A DNA stretch of 32,574 nt from Minisyncoccota bacterium (GTDB lineage: Bacteria > Patescibacteriota > Minisyncoccia > Phycocordibacterales > UBA2100). Position numbers and translations under genes: made by a program. A model generated the notes under the pieces. The model worked only from the letters and a program-made list of their open reading frames with translations, did not search any database and was not told the DNA's origin. The stretch covers positions 1 to 32,574 of the forward strand of contig JALHPE010000005.1 in assembly GCA_022842645.1 (NCBI GenBank), written 5' to 3'. Shown here one piece after another: positions 14,256 through 23,426 of this stretch (position 1 is its first letter; each line of letters opens with the position of its first letter).

Positions 14256-17200
14256 ATGAACCAAAACACACAGCGCCGCACAAAGGACGCACTGCCGCAG
14301 GATTTCGACGCGATTGAGATGCGCCTTGCCTCGCCCGATCGCATTGAGGAGTGGTCACATGGAGAAATCACAAAGCCGGAGACCATCAACTACCGCACCC
14401 AGCGCCCGGAGAAGAACGGCCTCTTCGACGAACGCGTCTTCGGCCCTGAAAAAGATTACGAATGTTACTGCGGTAAATACCGCGGCATCCGCTTCCGTGG
14501 GATCGTCTGCGAGAAGTGTGGCGTTGAAATTACGCGCGCCATCGTACGCCGTGAGCGCATGGGGCACATCGATCTTGCAACACCGGTCGCGCACATTTGG
14601 TTCCTCCGCGGTATTCCGTCGCGTATCGCGCTTCTCCTCGGACTCTCTGCGGCAGAAGTTGAGAAGGTAGTTTATTTTGCGGGCTACATCGTCACCTCGG
14701 TTGATGAGACCGAGCGTACACGTCTTTTGAAAGATCTTGAACAGGAGTACACGATGAAGCAGAAGTCGGCGACGGCAGAAGAGAAAACACGTCTCAAAGA
14801 TCTCGCGACGAAAGCAAAGAAAGACATTGAGTCGATCGTTCAGGGTTCTGTCTTGGATGAAGCTGCCTATCACCTGTTTGCGGTGAAATATGGCGCGATG
14901 TTCCGTGCCGCGATTGGTCCGGAGGCGCTCTACGCCATTTTGAAAAAGCTCGATCTTCCGATGTTCATAAAAACTGTTGCTGAGGAATACGACAAGGCGC
15001 CGGCCGCAGAACGCGACAAAGTGCGCAAGCGCCTCGCGCTCGCGCAAGCAATGAATCGTGCAGGTGTTCGTCCGGAATGGATGTTCCTTACACGTCTTCC
15101 TGTCGTCCCGCCAGCACTGCGTCCTATGGTTGCGCTCGAAGGTGGTCGTCACGCCTCATCCGATTTGAACGACCTCTACCGCCGCGTCATCAACCGTAAC
15201 AACCGCTTGAAGCGCTTGCTCGCGATTCACGCACCAGACGTCATTCTTCGCAACGAAAAGCGAATTCTCCAAGAAGCAGTCGATGCACTTCTCGATAACT
15301 CGATGCGTCGCGGCGCGGGAGTACTCGGTGTGCTTGGTGGTCGCCGTCGCGCGCTTAAGTCCCTTGCTGATTACTTGAAAGGTAAGCACGGATATCTTCG
15401 CCAAAACCTTTTGGGTAAGCGCGTTGACTACTCTGGTCGCTCGGTGATCGTTGTCGGTCCGCACCTCGCACTCGATGAGTGTGGTGTGCCGAAGCATATG
15501 GCGCTTGAACTCTTCCGCCCGTTCGTGATTCAAGGACTTCTTCAGCGTGAACATGCCTACAACATCCGCGGTGCAGGCCGCCTTATTGAAGATGAGGCGC
15601 CAGAAGTCTGGCCGATTCTTGAAGAGGCAATTAAGGGTAAGCATGTGCTCCTCAACCGTGCGCCAACGCTTCACCGTCAATCTATCCAGGCGTTTCGTCC
15701 GGTCCTCACCGAAGGTAACGCGCTTCAGATTCACCCGCTTGTCTGTCCTGCCTACAACGCAGACTTCGACGGCGACGCGATGGCGATCCACGTGCCGCTT
15801 TCTGAAGAATCACAGATGGAAGCAGAGAAAATCATGTCGGCGAACAAGAACGTCTTGAAGCCAGGTTCGGGTGACGTTGTTGTTGCCTCGAAGCTGCTCG
15901 ATATCGTTCTCGGATGCTACTGGATGACCCGCATTATTCCGGGTTCAAAGGGCGAAGGGAATACCTATCCTTCTACGAACGCTGCGATTACGGCGCACGA
16001 CTTCGGTGCAGTTGATTTTCGCGCGAAGATCAAGGTGCTTCCGAGCGAGAACAAAAAATACGCTGCGTTTGAAGGGAAGCCATTCGAAACATCCGTTGGT
16101 CGTCTTCTCTTTAACTCAGTGCTTCCCAGCGACTTCCCCTACTTCAACGACGAGATCACCAACAAGAAAATGGGGGCACTCGTGCACGAGCTCGTGACGC
16201 ACTACTCGCTCGACGGCATCCCTGCGATCATCGACAAGATTAAGAATTTCGGCTTTAAGTATGCAACGCATGCGGGTATCACGTGGTCTATTTCAGATGT
16301 GCACGTTCCTGACGTGAAGGAAGGGCTCGTTGACGAAGCCAAGAAAGCTGTTGCCAAGGAGCGTGAAAATTACGAAAACGGACTTCTCACCGACGAAGAG
16401 CGTCGCCGTGCAACAATCGAGATCTGGGCAAAGGCTTCGGGCGAACTCCGTAAGCACGTTGTTGAAGCACTCGACGCACGAGGACCAGTACACAACATGA
16501 TTACTTCCGGTGCTCGTGGTTCTGTCGTGCAGCTTCACCAGATGGCCGGCATGAAGGGGCTCATCACAAACCCGCGCGGTGAAGTCATTGAATTCCCAAT
16601 TCTTTCGTCTCTTAAGGAAGGTCTCACGCCAATCGAATACTTCACCTCAACACACGGTGCGCGTAAGGGTCTTGCCGACACTGCGCTCAATACCGCACGC
16701 GCAGGGTATCTCACCCGCCGTCTCTTCGACGTTGCGCACGATGTGGTTGTCTTGGAGGAAGATTGTGGCACGAAGGAAGGTATTCTCATCACACGTCCTG
16801 GCAAAGAAGAGCTTGGCGAATCATTCGGTGGCCGCCTTGCAGGGCGCGTGCTTGCGGAAACGATTGAAGGGAAGGAGATTTCGTTTAAGCGCAATGCGCT
16901 TCTTACCCGCGATGAGGCGAAAGAAATCGAGGTCTCGGATGTTGCGCAGGCGCTCGTCCGCTCACCAATCACCTGTAAGGTTGCGCGTGGCGTCTGTCAA
17001 AAGTGCTATGGCGTTGATCTCTCGAACGGCGAAATGATTGATCTTGGTGAAGCCGTTGGCGTTGTTGCTGCACAAGCGATTGGTGAACCAGGTACTCAGC
17101 TCACGATGCGTACGTTCCACACAGGAGGTGTTGCAACTGCGGGCGGCGACATCACCATGGGTCTTCCGCGCGTTGAAGAAGTGTTTGAAACACGCATGCC

Positions 17201-17945
17201 AAAGTCCCCCGCTGCAATCGCGCGCGTGGACGGTGTGATCACCGACATCGCAAAGGATGGTATGGAAACGGTGCTCATCCTGACGCCAGAGAGCGGTAAG
17301 AGTGCGAAGCGCGATACTGAATATCGCATTCCGCCTGCCCGCACGCTTTTGGTGAAGGTAGGTGCTTCCGTCAAAAAGGGCGACTTCCTCACGGATGGTT
17401 CTGCTGATCTTGACGAACTCTTCCTCCTTGCGGGCAAGGAACGCGCTCAAGAATACGTCATTGCAGAAATTACACGCATCTACGAACTCCAGGGTGTTTC
17501 GACGGCGCGCAAGCACCTCGAGATCATCGTGAAGCAAATGTTTAGTCGTATCTCCGTCACGCACTCGGGTGACACCGGCATCTCGGCAGGTGAAATTGTC
17601 GCGGATTTCGAATTCGAGCGCATCAACAAGGTGATGAAAGAAGAGGGCAAGGAACCAGCGAAAGGGAAGCAGCTCTTGCTTGGTATCACCGAAGTCTCGC
17701 TCACCCGCGCATCATTCCTCTCCGCAATTTCCTTCCAGAACACGCCGCGCAAGCTCGCAGAAGCAGCGGTTTCTGGTGCCGTTGATCGTTTGGTTGGTCT
17801 CAAGGAAAACGTCATCATCGGTCGCCTCATCCCAGCAGGAACAGGTTTCAAGGGTTCGAAGAAGAACGCAATGATTACTACGCTTCAGAACGAACTCGCT
17901 GCGGCAGAAGCGGCTGTGGCGCCGGTGGAGGACAAAGTGGCATAG
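14256..17945 (+). CDS. rpoC: DNA-directed RNA polymerase subunit beta-prime (1229 aa)
   Basis: Zn-finger [22 protein letters not shown], catalytic NADFDGD ([15 protein letters not shown]), and the bridge-helix and trigger-loop regions are present. It starts 5 nt after rpoB. Confidence 0.97.
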   Translation: MNQNTQRRTKDALPQDFDAIEMRLASPDRIEEWSHGEITKPETINYRTQRPEKNGLFDERVFGPEKDYECYCGKYRGIRFRGIVCEKCGVEITRAIVRRERMGHIDLATPVAHIWFLRGIPSRIALLLGLSAAEVEKVVYFAGYIVTSVDETERTRLLKDLEQEYTMKQKSATAEEKTRLKDLATKAKKDIESIVQGSVLDEAAYHLFAVKYGAMFRAAIGPEALYAILKKLDLPMFIKTVAEEYDKAPAAERDKVRKRLALAQAMNRAGVRPEWMFLTRLPVVPPALRPMVALEGGRHASSDLNDLYRRVINRNNRLKRLLAIHAPDVILRNEKRILQEAVDALLDNSMRRGAGVLGVLGGRRRALKSLADYLKGKHGYLRQNLLGKRVDYSGRSVIVVGPHLALDECGVPKHMALELFRPFVIQGLLQREHAYNIRGAGRLIEDEAPEVWPILEEAIKGKHVLLNRAPTLHRQSIQAFRPVLTEGNALQIHPLVCPAYNADFDGDAMAIHVPLSEESQMEAEKIMSANKNVLKPGSGDVVVASKLLDIVLGCYWMTRIIPGSKGEGNTYPSTNAAITAHDFGAVDFRAKIKVLPSENKKYAAFEGKPFETSVGRLLFNSVLPSDFPYFNDEITNKKMGALVHELVTHYSLDGIPAIIDKIKNFGFKYATHAGITWSISDVHVPDVKEGLVDEAKKAVAKERENYENGLLTDEERRRATIEIWAKASGELRKHVVEALDARGPVHNMITSGARGSVVQLHQMAGMKGLITNPRGEVIEFPILSSLKEGLTPIEYFTSTHGARKGLADTALNTARAGYLTRRLFDVAHDVVVLEEDCGTKEGILITRPGKEELGESFGGRLAGRVLAETIEGKEISFKRNALLTRDEAKEIEVSDVAQALVRSPITCKVARGVCQKCYGVDLSNGEMIDLGEAVGVVAAQAIGEPGTQLTMRTFHTGGVATAGGDITMGLPRVEEVFETRMPKSPAAIARVDGVITDIAKDGMETVLILTPESGKSAKRDTEYRIPPARTLLVKVGASVKKGDFLTDGSADLDELFLLAGKERAQEYVIAEITRIYELQGVSTARKHLEIIVKQMFSRISVTHSGDTGISAGEIVADFEFERINKVMKEEGKEPAKGKQLLLGITEVSLTRASFLSAISFQNTPRKLAEAAVSGAVDRLVGLKENVIIGRLIPAGTGFKGSKKNAMITTLQNELAAAEAAVAPVEDKVA

Positions 17946-17957
17946 AAGGGCGCTCGC

Positions 17958-18068
17958 GACCCGCGAAATAATGCTTCTCTCAGGTCGCTGTCTGGCAGTG
18001 CTCTGCCAGCGCTCACGCTCGGCCCGTCGGCCTGCGCGAGACCCTCGAGAAGCATTATTTCGCGGGTC
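17958..18068. repeat. 111-bp element bounded by a perfect 22-bp inverted repeat, with internal GC-rich hairpins
   Basis: gacccgcgaaataatgcttctc (17958-17979) pairs with gagaagcattatttcgcgggtc (18047-18068). The inner hairpin is ctggcag-tgct-ctgccag (17993-18009). Confidence 0.65.
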
Positions 18069-18096
18069 GTCTCGCTTGAGCTAGATAGCTAGGTCT

Positions 18097-18144
18097 GAGC
18101 CAAGGATCGGCTAAAACAGCGCTATTTGAGCCGATCCTTGGCTC
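18097..18144. repeat. perfect 16-bp inverted repeat hairpin
   Basis: gagccaaggatcggct (18097-18112) pairs with agccgatccttggctc (18129-18144), with a 16-nt loop. No T-tract on either side. Confidence 0.65.
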
Positions 18145-18220
18145 ACGCCTGAGCATATATGACTGCCCATCCGGCCCTTGTTATAGAAGCTTGATTGTTG
18201 TATAAAAGACGCTGGGCGGA

Positions 18221-18703
18221 ATGAGTCGTCCTTCTGCAAGAGAGGAAACGATGTCTGAAACGATGTCTGAAATGTGTCCCGAATCGGAATTTCTTCCCGA
18301 AGCTGTTCCTGAAGTTACGATGCTGGTCATCACGTGTGAAGATGGAGATGAGGTGCTCCTTATTCTGGATCCTCATAACATACAACGCGGCTGGACTTTT
18401 GTCAGTACGACAGTGCAGTCAGGCGAAGAGCCAATCCAAGCCATTCATCGGACCGTGCGAGATAAGCTTGATCTCGATATCAGCAACAGGGTCGTGAGAT
18501 TTATAAAGAGGAAAGCAAAGAAGAGTACGTCTTTTTCTTCTTTCACAATCGAGCTTCCGCGTGATGAATTCGAGTATTTGAGAGGAACGGGTCCTCGCGG
18601 TCATTCAGTGAGGGCAATACCTATACACAAATTGCGCGACTATCTTGACCGGGGGCGGTACGACATGGGTGTTAGTCCGAAGACCCGAATACCGTCTTGG
18701 TAG
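18221..18703 (+). CDS. Nudix-fold-like protein with a degenerate Nudix box (160 aa)
   Basis: RGWTFVSTTVQSGEEPIQAIHRTVRDKLDLDI aligns without gaps to GHWTISKGKIREGETLEDGTKRAIKEELDLDI of the NusB-fused domain. The first Gly and the EE pair are replaced. The N-terminus contains an in-frame 12-nt tandem repeat. Confidence 0.6.
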   Translation: MSRPSAREETMSETMSEMCPESEFLPEAVPEVTMLVITCEDGDEVLLILDPHNIQRGWTFVSTTVQSGEEPIQAIHRTVRDKLDLDISNRVVRFIKRKAKKSTSFSSFTIELPRDEFEYLRGTGPRGHSVRAIPIHKLRDYLDRGRYDMGVSPKTRIPSW

Positions 18704-18717
18704 ACACCGTCACGATG

Positions 18718-18752
18718 AAGGCCTCTGAGAAAGTTTCTCAGAGGCCTTTTAT
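18718..18752. terminator. long hairpin terminator between convergent genes
   Basis: aaggcctctgagaaa (18718-18732) pairs with tttctcagaggcctt (18734-18748), followed by tt on the plus strand. Confidence 0.7.
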
Positions 18753-18784
18753 ACTGAAACTGCTTGCCCACGAAGGGCGGACAG

Positions 18785-19036
18785 TTACTTGTACATATTT
18801 TCGATTCGTCGCGCTTCAATGCGCCCGCGGATCTCGTCGATCACCAGCATGAGGGCGAACGCCCCAAGGCCAGTAAGTACGATGTAGTGCGTCAGGTCTT
18901 CTAGACCGAGAAAGTCAACGAATGACGCGCTTATGCCCCCGAAGATGCAGATTGTCCCAAGTACAAAGAGTACTATGGAGATCTTGCCGCCCACATAGTA
19001 AGCGGTGAAGGGGGGACGCACGTGTTTCTGTTCCAT
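18785..19036 (-). CDS. small membrane protein (83 aa, two predicted TM helices)
   Basis: Hydrophobic segments ISIVLFVLGTICIFGGISASFV and YIVLTGLGAFALMLVI. SD GGAAGGA lies 7 nt before the ATG, and a candidate promoter is upstream. Confidence 0.6.
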   Translation of the reverse strand: MEQKHVRPPFTAYYVGGKISIVLFVLGTICIFGGISASFVDFLGLEDLTHYIVLTGLGAFALMLVIDEIRGRIEARRIENMYK

Positions 19037-19075
19037 TTTTTTTCCTTCCGTAGCTACTAGTTTTTAACTAAAAGA

Positions 19076-19103
19076 ACTATAACCTTTATTCTAAAAAAGT
19101 CAA
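19076..19103 (-). promoter_or_regulatory. candidate promoter TTGACT-N16-TATAGT (minus strand)
   Basis: TTGACT is the reverse complement of 19098-19103. TATAGT is the reverse complement of 19076-19081. Confidence 0.5.
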
Positions 19104-19127
19104 TTCTCACGCATGCGTGAGCTATTT

Positions 19128-19136
19128 TGCTATGAT
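19128..19136 (+). promoter_or_regulatory. extended -10 element TGcTATGAT ending 6 nt before the dnaG ATG
   Basis: TG at 19128-19129 and TATGAT at 19131-19136, with ATG at 19143. Confidence 0.45.
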
Positions 19137-19142
19137 GCCTCT

Positions 19143-20837
19143 ATGTCCGACACTGTTCAGCAAATCAAAGACCGGCTTTCCATCGTCGATGTGGTGTCGG
19201 GGTATGTGAAATTGGAGCGCGCGGGGCAGAATATGCGGGCGCGGTGCCCGTTCCACTCGGAGCGCACACCGTCGTTTATTGTTTCTCCGGACAGAGGCAC
19301 GTATCACTGTTTTGGGTGCAGTGTTGGTGGCGACGTCTTTAGTTTTGTGCAGGCGATTGAGGGGGTGGATTTTAAGGGGGCACTCAAAATTCTTGCGGAG
19401 CGAGCGGGAGTGGAGTTCGTGTATGCGCGCGGAGAAAAAGAAGATGATAAGGATCGTCTCTTTGCGGCAATGGAAGCGGCGACAGTATTCTACCAATCAA
19501 AAATGAATACTGAGGCGGAAGGCTATTTGGTGAAACGAGGTCTTGAAAAGCAGACAATTGCCACGTTTCGTATTGGCTATGCGGGGGACGGGTGGACTGA
19601 CCTCTCGGATCATTTGCGTGGGAAAAAATTTAGCGAGAAAGAGATTGTAGACGCGGGGCTTGCTAAGAAAGGCGATAGAGGTTTGAGCGATAAATTCCGC
19701 AATCGCGTTATGTTTCCGATTGCGGACAATGCTGGGCGTGTAGTCGCGTTCTCGGGTCGCACGTTTGGTGAGAAGGCACATCCGGATGCGCCGAAGTATT
19801 TGAATTCCCCAGAAACGGCGCTCTATCACAAGTCACGCATTCTCTATGGTTTTGATAGGGCAAAACAGAGCATTCGCCGCCTTGATTTCTCACTCCTTGT
19901 GGAAGGGCAACTTGATCTGATCCTTAGCCACCAGGCCGGGTGGGGAAACACGGTTGCGGTTTCGGGAACGGCGTTTACGGTGGAGCATGCCGCGCTTTTG
20001 AAGCGCATGAGCGAGAACCTCTGTATAGCGCTTGATGCGGACGAGGCGGGTTTGAAGGCGGCGGCGCGCGCCGCTCGAGCGGCACTTCAGCAGGGGATGA
20101 ATGTGAAAATTGTGGAGCTTCCGAAAGATGTTGATCCGGCGGATCTCATTTCAAAAGACGGGGCAGATGCATGGAAGGCACGCATTCGCGAGGCGAAGGA
20201 TGTGATTGCATTTCTCTTGGACGCGCTTGAGGCGCGGGCGAAAGCACCGGATGCGTTTCGGCGCGTAGTTGAAACGGCTATCATTCCGTTTCTTCTTGAT
20301 GTGCAGAGTCCTATTGCGCGCGAACAATACGAGAGACTCATTGCAAAGCGCCTTGGTGTCTCTGAAGCGGCCATTGCAGAGGCGCGCACAAAGCTCGCGC
20401 GCGTAACACCGAGCACAACGCCTGTATCAGATCAGAAACCGGAAAAAAAGATGCATGAACGCGCGGCACAGGCGTTTGGGATTCTTCTGTGGCAAGAATC
20501 ACTCTCGAAACCCACAATTGATTTCAAAGAATTTGCACAAGATTTTGAGGAGGTGATCGGGTCAGAGCTTTTTAAAGCCCTTCGTGCAAAGCCGCCGGCG
20601 GAACTTGAGGCACTTCGCTTTCATGCGGAAGCACTGCATGGCGGGAGGGAATCGCTCACGCGTGACGTTGCGCTTGTCATGCGCATGCTCAGGCGCGAAC
20701 GTCTTGACCGCGAACTTGCCGAGAACGCCGAAGCCCTGCGAAAGGCCGAGGCTGGTGGTGGGGCGGGGGCGCAGGAGCTTCTGGAGCGCGGAAAGCTATT
20801 AACAGCCCAGATTGCCAAAATCGCAAAAGAAGAGTAG
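19143..20837 (+). CDS. dnaG: DNA primase
   Basis: CHC2 zinc finger [25 protein letters not shown] and a TOPRIM region (LVEGQLDLI...ALDADEAG). ATG 19143 is preferred over the track start at 19113. Confidence 0.92.
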   Translation: MSDTVQQIKDRLSIVDVVSGYVKLERAGQNMRARCPFHSERTPSFIVSPDRGTYHCFGCSVGGDVFSFVQAIEGVDFKGALKILAERAGVEFVYARGEKEDDKDRLFAAMEAATVFYQSKMNTEAEGYLVKRGLEKQTIATFRIGYAGDGWTDLSDHLRGKKFSEKEIVDAGLAKKGDRGLSDKFRNRVMFPIADNAGRVVAFSGRTFGEKAHPDAPKYLNSPETALYHKSRILYGFDRAKQSIRRLDFSLLVEGQLDLILSHQAGWGNTVAVSGTAFTVEHAALLKRMSENLCIALDADEAGLKAAARAARAALQQGMNVKIVELPKDVDPADLISKDGADAWKARIREAKDVIAFLLDALEARAKAPDAFRRVVETAIIPFLLDVQSPIAREQYERLIAKRLGVSEAAIAEARTKLARVTPSTTPVSDQKPEKKMHERAAQAFGILLWQESLSKPTIDFKEFAQDFEEVIGSELFKALRAKPPAELEALRFHAEALHGGRESLTRDVALVMRMLRRERLDRELAENAEALRKAEAGGGAGAQELLERGKLLTAQIAKIAKEE

Positions 20838-20851
20838 AATGTTCCCACGTG

Positions 20852-20872
20852 ACCGCTACTTTAGGTAGCGGT
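20852..20872 (+). terminator. short stem-loop between dnaG and rpoD (possible attenuating hairpin)
   Basis: accgctac (20852-20859) pairs with gtagcggt (20865-20872), followed by gtcgttgttgc. Confidence 0.3.
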
Positions 20873-20899
20873 GTCGTTGTTGCATATTTCTCACTTTTC

Positions 20900-22138
20900 A
20901 TGGCAAAAAAGAGCTCCAAAAAGAAGGTTCAAGTGAAGCGGGCAAAACCCAAAGCTTCTTCTGCGCCGAAGAAAAAGGCTCTGAAGCCAAAGCCCAAAAC
21001 AACGAAAAAGTCAGCGCCAAAGTCTGCGCCGAAAAGTGTGAAGCCCGCAAGTCGTGCAGGTGTGAAGGATGAACAAAAGATGCAGGGCCTCATCACGCTT
21101 GGGCGTGAGCGCGGCTACATCACCTACGACGAAATACTCCGCGAATTTCCGCACATCGAAGACAACGTTCTCATTCTCGAAGAAATGTACGAACGTTTTG
21201 GCACTGCCGGCATTGATGTCTTGGAAGGCGGCAACATGCTTGAAGATACGTCTGCAACGGAAGTGTTGGAAAAGAAAAAGCTTCAGCACCGTCGTGCGGA
21301 TTCTGGGTTTGATTCTGTGCAGATGTATCTGCGCGAGATTGGTCAGTATCCGCTCCTCAACGCCGCGATGGAGCGCGAGCTTGCGCAGCGAATTCTCGAT
21401 GGCGACGAAGAGGCGCGCTCGATTCTTGCGCGCTCCAACCTTCGCCTCGTCGTTTCTATTGCAAAGAAATATGTGAACCGTAGCCCAGATCTGACCCTTC
21501 TCGACCTCATTCAGGAAGGGAATCTCGGCCTTTTTAAGGCAGTGGATAAGTTCGACCACTCGAAGGGCTTTAAATTCTCAACCTATGCAACCTGGTGGAT
21601 TCGCCAGGCTATTACACGCGCGCTTGCCGACCAGAGCCGTACCATTCGTATTCCCGTGCACATGGTGGAAACTATCGCGAAATACAAGCAGAAGGTGCGC
21701 GAACTCTCGCAGCACCTCGGACGCGATCCGCTCCCAGAAGAAATTGCAGCGGAGATGGGTGTGGAGGTAGATAAAATTTACACCATTCAGAAGATCAATC
21801 AGGACACCGTCTCCCTTGAGAGCCCGATTGGCGATGACGACGATGAGCGCTCAACCCTCGGCTCTTTTATCGCTGACGAAACTATTTCAAGCCCCGACAT
21901 GGACTCCTCGCGCCGCATTCTCTCCGAGCAAATGACGGCGATTCTCGATGAACTTTCCCCCAAGGAGCGCAAAATTTTGGAAATGCGTAATGGGCTCACG
22001 GAAGAAGGTATTTGCTTCACGCTTGAAGAAGTGGGGCGTGAGTTTGGTGTCACCCGCGAGCGCATCCGCCAGATTGAGGCAAAAGCCCTTGAGCGTATTC
22101 GCTTCCACGACCGTGCGAAGCAGTTGAAGAGTTACTAG
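20900..22138 (+). CDS. rpoD: RNA polymerase sigma-70 family primary-type sigma factor with a Lys/Pro/Ala-rich N-terminal tail
   Basis: Region 2 ([39 protein letters not shown]), region 3, and region 4 ([20 protein letters not shown]) are present. ATG 20900 (MAKKSSKKK) is preferred. Confidence 0.92.
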   Translation: MAKKSSKKKVQVKRAKPKASSAPKKKALKPKPKTTKKSAPKSAPKSVKPASRAGVKDEQKMQGLITLGRERGYITYDEILREFPHIEDNVLILEEMYERFGTAGIDVLEGGNMLEDTSATEVLEKKKLQHRRADSGFDSVQMYLREIGQYPLLNAAMERELAQRILDGDEEARSILARSNLRLVVSIAKKYVNRSPDLTLLDLIQEGNLGLFKAVDKFDHSKGFKFSTYATWWIRQAITRALADQSRTIRIPVHMVETIAKYKQKVRELSQHLGRDPLPEEIAAEMGVEVDKIYTIQKINQDTVSLESPIGDDDDERSTLGSFIADETISSPDMDSSRRILSEQMTAILDELSPKERKILEMRNGLTEEGICFTLEEVGREFGVTRERIRQIEAKALERIRFHDRAKQLKSY

Positions 22139-22989
22139 GCGGCGATGGGAGGCAAATTCCTAATTATTTCAGGAATTTCTCCATACTTTTCTGTCGCCAT
22201 TTTTTTTGCAGCATCTAGCTCTGCTTTAACAAGTTCTTCAATGTTTTTGTCAATCCGATCTATAGCGGGGAGTTCTCGATGATATGCATCTATTGCTCTT
22301 CTGTGTAAATAGAACTTGAAACTGTGACCTTCGTTTTGCCATAGGAAGTACCTATGTTTCGCATTCATTTTCCGTGAATATACCCGAGCTTGAACAACCG
22401 TTTTAAGGCCGGCTACGACATATTTCGAAAAGCCCTGAAGCATTCTTTTAAAGGATTCAAGATTTGCGATGTAACTCTCTCTTTGTGTTGTAAATGGTAC
22501 TTTTTGCGCAACCATAAATTCATTCTTGCTTTTTAGCCCCTCGTACTCTGATCTTAGTCTCTCTAGGCAAAGATTGGTATTTCGAATTCCTGCGTCAATG
22601 AAAAGAATCTTATTGTGAAGATAGTAGCTTTTAATCTTAAACGTTGGCAAATCCGGTTCATGGAATACATCTGTCATTGGAGCAAAATTTGTTTCTTGCA
22701 AACAATACGTAGTCCCGTCCACCTCTTTTATGGAGTGAACGATAGAATCAATTCTTTCTATAAATGCCTCAAGTTCAATTAACACATCGAACTGATCATT
22801 AAGACTTCGAGCCAGAGCAATTTCAATACGTCTAAGATGTTCTCTAATCTCACGCTTTTTTCCGACATGGCTTTTAAGCCAAAATCCAGAAGTTGCAAAA
22901 ATTACCCCTAAAAAAGGACCAAGGGCAGACCCAATAAGTTGTTGCCAATTATAAATAAATTCTGGATTCATTGTTATATAAATACGCAT
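22135..22989 (-). CDS. hypothetical membrane-anchored protein (284 aa) in a visibly AT-richer segment
   Basis: N-terminal TM helix [21 protein letters not shown] followed by a helical soluble region. No recognisable motif. Its stop overlaps the rpoD stop within CTAG (22135-22138). The alternative start is at 22971. Confidence 0.6.
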   Translation of the reverse strand: MRIYITMNPEFIYNWQQLIGSALGPFLGVIFATSGFWLKSHVGKKREIREHLRRIEIALARSLNDQFDVLIELEAFIERIDSIVHSIKEVDGTTYCLQETNFAPMTDVFHEPDLPTFKIKSYYLHNKILFIDAGIRNTNLCLERLRSEYEGLKSKNEFMVAQKVPFTTQRESYIANLESFKRMLQGFSKYVVAGLKTVVQARVYSRKMNAKHRYFLWQNEGHSFKFYLHRRAIDAYHRELPAIDRIDKNIEELVKAELDAAKKMATEKYGEIPEIIRNLPPIAA

Positions 22990-23267
22990 TTAATTTTCAC
23001 CAAATCCCCCTCAGCAATTCCTTCCTTATGCCGCACGTCGGCTTTGATGGCTAACAAATACGGGCCGTCTTTGGTGGGGAAGAGGGTGGTGTTCCAGGAG
23101 GTTTTGCCAACCGTTGCTTTGACGCGGACAAACGCGACGCCTGTTTTCTTTTTTGATCGGGCAATGTCGCGCAGGCGACGCGAGAGGGGGAGGGGTACAT
23201 AAAGGCAATACCAGCCGCCAATCCCTGGATAGCGCCAGACCTTCCCCTTTACCTCAAATGATTTCAT
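22974..23267 (-). CDS. DUF1905-family protein
   Basis: MKSFEVKGKVWRYPGIGGWYCLYVP...VRVKATVGKTSWNTTLFPTKDGPYLLAIKADVRHKEGIAEGDLVKI fits the DUF1905 pattern. ATG 23267 is preferred over the track start at 23312. Confidence 0.7.
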   Translation of the reverse strand: MKSFEVKGKVWRYPGIGGWYCLYVPLPLSRRLRDIARSKKKTGVAFVRVKATVGKTSWNTTLFPTKDGPYLLAIKADVRHKEGIAEGDLVKIKCVFI

Positions 23268-23393
23268 CCCGTTAGAAGCAGGACGCGGACCACAAGGGGC
23301 CGTTTCCTGCATGATTAGGGTTGGTAAGCCCGATTTCGGCGGCGTTTTTCGCTTGCATGCGTCCGCGGCTTCTAACGGGATTCATGCCTGCAT
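23266..23393 (-). promoter_or_regulatory. structured leader upstream of the DUF1905 gene: a long-range inverted repeat enclosing a 37-codon uORF, preceded by a 3-codon mini-ORF
   Basis: atcccgttagaagc (23266-23279) pairs with gcttctaacgggat (23368-23381), and gcgga (23285-23289) pairs with tccgc (23362-23366). The mini-ORF ATGCAGGCATGA spans 23393-23382 behind SD GGAGAGGG. The 37-codon ORF spans 23385-23272 and starts in an ATGA overlap. Confidence 0.4.
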
Positions 23394-23426
23394 ACTAGCC
23401 CTCTCCTCTGTAAAAGGAAAGTGTTG

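Noticed and set aside
17958-18144. Possibility that the structured region after rpoC is a tRNA, SRP (4.5S) RNA or other known small RNA.
   Set aside because: There is no cloverleaf and no T-loop GTTCRANNC. The SRP domain IV motifs (GGAA tetraloop with the AGCA/GNAR internal-loop context) are absent on both strands. Perfect 22-bp and 16-bp stems are unlike those conserved RNAs. It is kept only as an element of unknown function.
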